DNA of 63,824 bases, counting the filler, from Octopus bimaculoides (Eukaryota): NCBI RefSeq assembly GCF_001194135.2. It is 6 parts of 5 records of this genome, joined end to end, with 100 filler letters (N's around TTAATTAATTAA, not from the genome) between each part and the next. Parts side by side here need not be neighbours in the genome. Positions count along the whole stretch, not along the records: positions 62,345 to 63,824 come from NC_068983.1; 5 more parts are not named here. One strand, given 5' to 3'. The position numbers were made by a program, and so were the translations under genes. Positions 62,345-63,824 of this stretch are shown here, piece by piece. The notes under the pieces were generated by a model. That model worked only from the letters and a program-made list of their open reading frames with translations. It did not search any database and was not told the origin of the DNA. Positions within the stretch are counted from its first letter, which is position 1; each line of letters starts with the position of its first letter.

Positions 62345-62990
62345 ATAGTGATCAAGGACATAGTTCATATAATATCAATATACCTAATGTAGAAAGAATA
62401 AGTCCAACTGATAGCACATCAAGAGATGAATTAAATAATGATGGTAATAATCAATGTATACCTAATAATAGAATTGTAGAATTGATAAATGATATTAGTG
62501 TAAATAATTGTAGTAATAATAATAATAGAGATATTAGAAATAATATAGGTGGGGTTGATAACCCCATCATGTGCAACTGTACAAAAAAGTTCCATTGTCC
62601 TTTATTTGGATTTTGTTGCACCCGTAACGTAGTGTACAGATGCATCATTAGTACTATAACCGAGAATTATATTTATATAGGATGTAGTATTAACCTGAAA
62701 CAGAGAATATATATCCATAGGTCTTCGTTCAGTCTTAGATATAAGGCAAATAGTACGACATCGGCAAGTAAAATTTGGGAGTTAAAATATAATGGTATTA
62801 ATTTTAGCCTTCAATGGGAAATTATAAGAAAAGCTCAACCTTATAGAAATAATAGATATGGATGTGAATTGTGTTCTATGGAAATATATGAAAATTTTTA
62901 ACTTAGAAATAATCCTAATCTAATCAATAATAGATTAGACCTTAGGGTATCATGTGTACACTGCTCTACTCGCACTTTTAATTTTTTTAA
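62345..62990 (+). mobile_element. Penelope-like retroelement GIY-YIG endonuclease fragment
   Basis: CNCTKKFHCPLFGFCCTRNVVYRCIISTITENYIYIGCSINLKQRIYIHRSSF...NSTTSASKIWELK...WEIIRKAQPY...CELCSMEI: the C-x-C/CPL motif, VVY-YIG, R..H and C-x2-C pattern of PLE endonucleases. Confidence 0.92.
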
Positions 62991-63824
62991 AAAGTAGGCC
63001 TTTATTAAATATCTAAAGTTATCAAATTATAGTACTTTACTTCTATTATGGTCATTTAGGACTATCAATTAGCACATATTTATATTGGTAATTTAACCTT
63101 TATAACATATATTCCTGATCTCTCACCTTAACATCTAATCTACTTAAATCAATCATCAGATTCCTGTATTGAATATGCTTGTTATTTCCTAACATCCTTT
63201 CTTTTTTCAGTCACTTAAACCTTAGTAAACACATTATTATAAACTAATATAAATCCGATAATATTTTTTTATTTTTTATTCACATTATATAAATAAAGCT
63301 TACCTATGTGTCTCCTAAATAGTATCATTATCTTATCTTCAGCTAAAAGTTTTTTAAGATAATTCAAAATAGTTTTCATGAACCCAATATACTTAATATC
63401 CTTAAACTTTACACCCTATCCAGAGCCCCTGAATTCAATACTGACATTATTTCATGATTTTTGTGAAAAATAATTACATCTCATTTTATGTATTCTATTA
63501 ACATACCTCTTATTGTGAAAATATTGGTTAAGGTATTATTGTTATCTGTACCACTATACTGTTACTCTATTCAGACTAAAAGAAAAAAAACTATTTGACC
63601 CATATACCTAGGGTTGTAATTCCTCAACATTAATTCCTCAACATTTTGATAGTAGTAAAATGACCTGATACTACTCTGACCAGTGAAACCTTTATATTCT
63701 AATACATTTTATAACCTTGTACATGCATACTGCTTACACCTTCCCTCTCTTTAGAAGTAATTGTCCCTTATGCTATCACCACTAGGTAAGAAACAATAAA
63801 ATCTGAGACAGTTAGAACTTTTGT

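Noticed and set aside
63660-63700. ctgatactactctgaccagtgaaac as a hammerhead downstream of the GIY-YIG fragment
   Set aside because: The core CUGANGA is broken at two positions and helices I and III do not pair.

Overview
Eukaryotic, AT-rich, microsatellite-dense draft scaffold with many N gaps. The repeat families, the microsatellite load and the 100-bp N44-TTAATTAATTAA-N44 gap linkers point to a coleoid cephalopod, most likely an Octopus assembly (inference, not checked). The only clear host gene is the terminal coding exon of a Gfi1/senseless C2H2 zinc-finger gene (18051-18229, +; ZF5-ZF6). I could not find its upstream exons in the readable sequence, so they lie in gaps or upstream of the window. 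The rest is a transposon landscape: two pieces of an R4/Dong-type RLE non-LTR retrotransposon, two Penelope-like (GIY-YIG) fragments, two mariner fragments, piggyBac-type MITEs, several modular tRNA-headed SINE families with nested insertions, minisatellites and microsatellites. The most unusual signal is a set of minimal type I hammerhead ribozyme (HHR) motifs in Penelope-type terminal repeats. One lies in a 453-bp TSD-bounded element (60318-60770) that combines a tRNA-derived Pol III head, an (AAT)n linker, an HHR-bearing repeat and an inverted second copy of that repeat: a candidate Penelope-mobilised, self-cleaving SINE or retrozyme. Another pair lies in a ~746-bp fold-back (23351-24096). 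All family assignments come from motif recognition by eye; no database search was run, and coordinates of degenerate elements are approximate.
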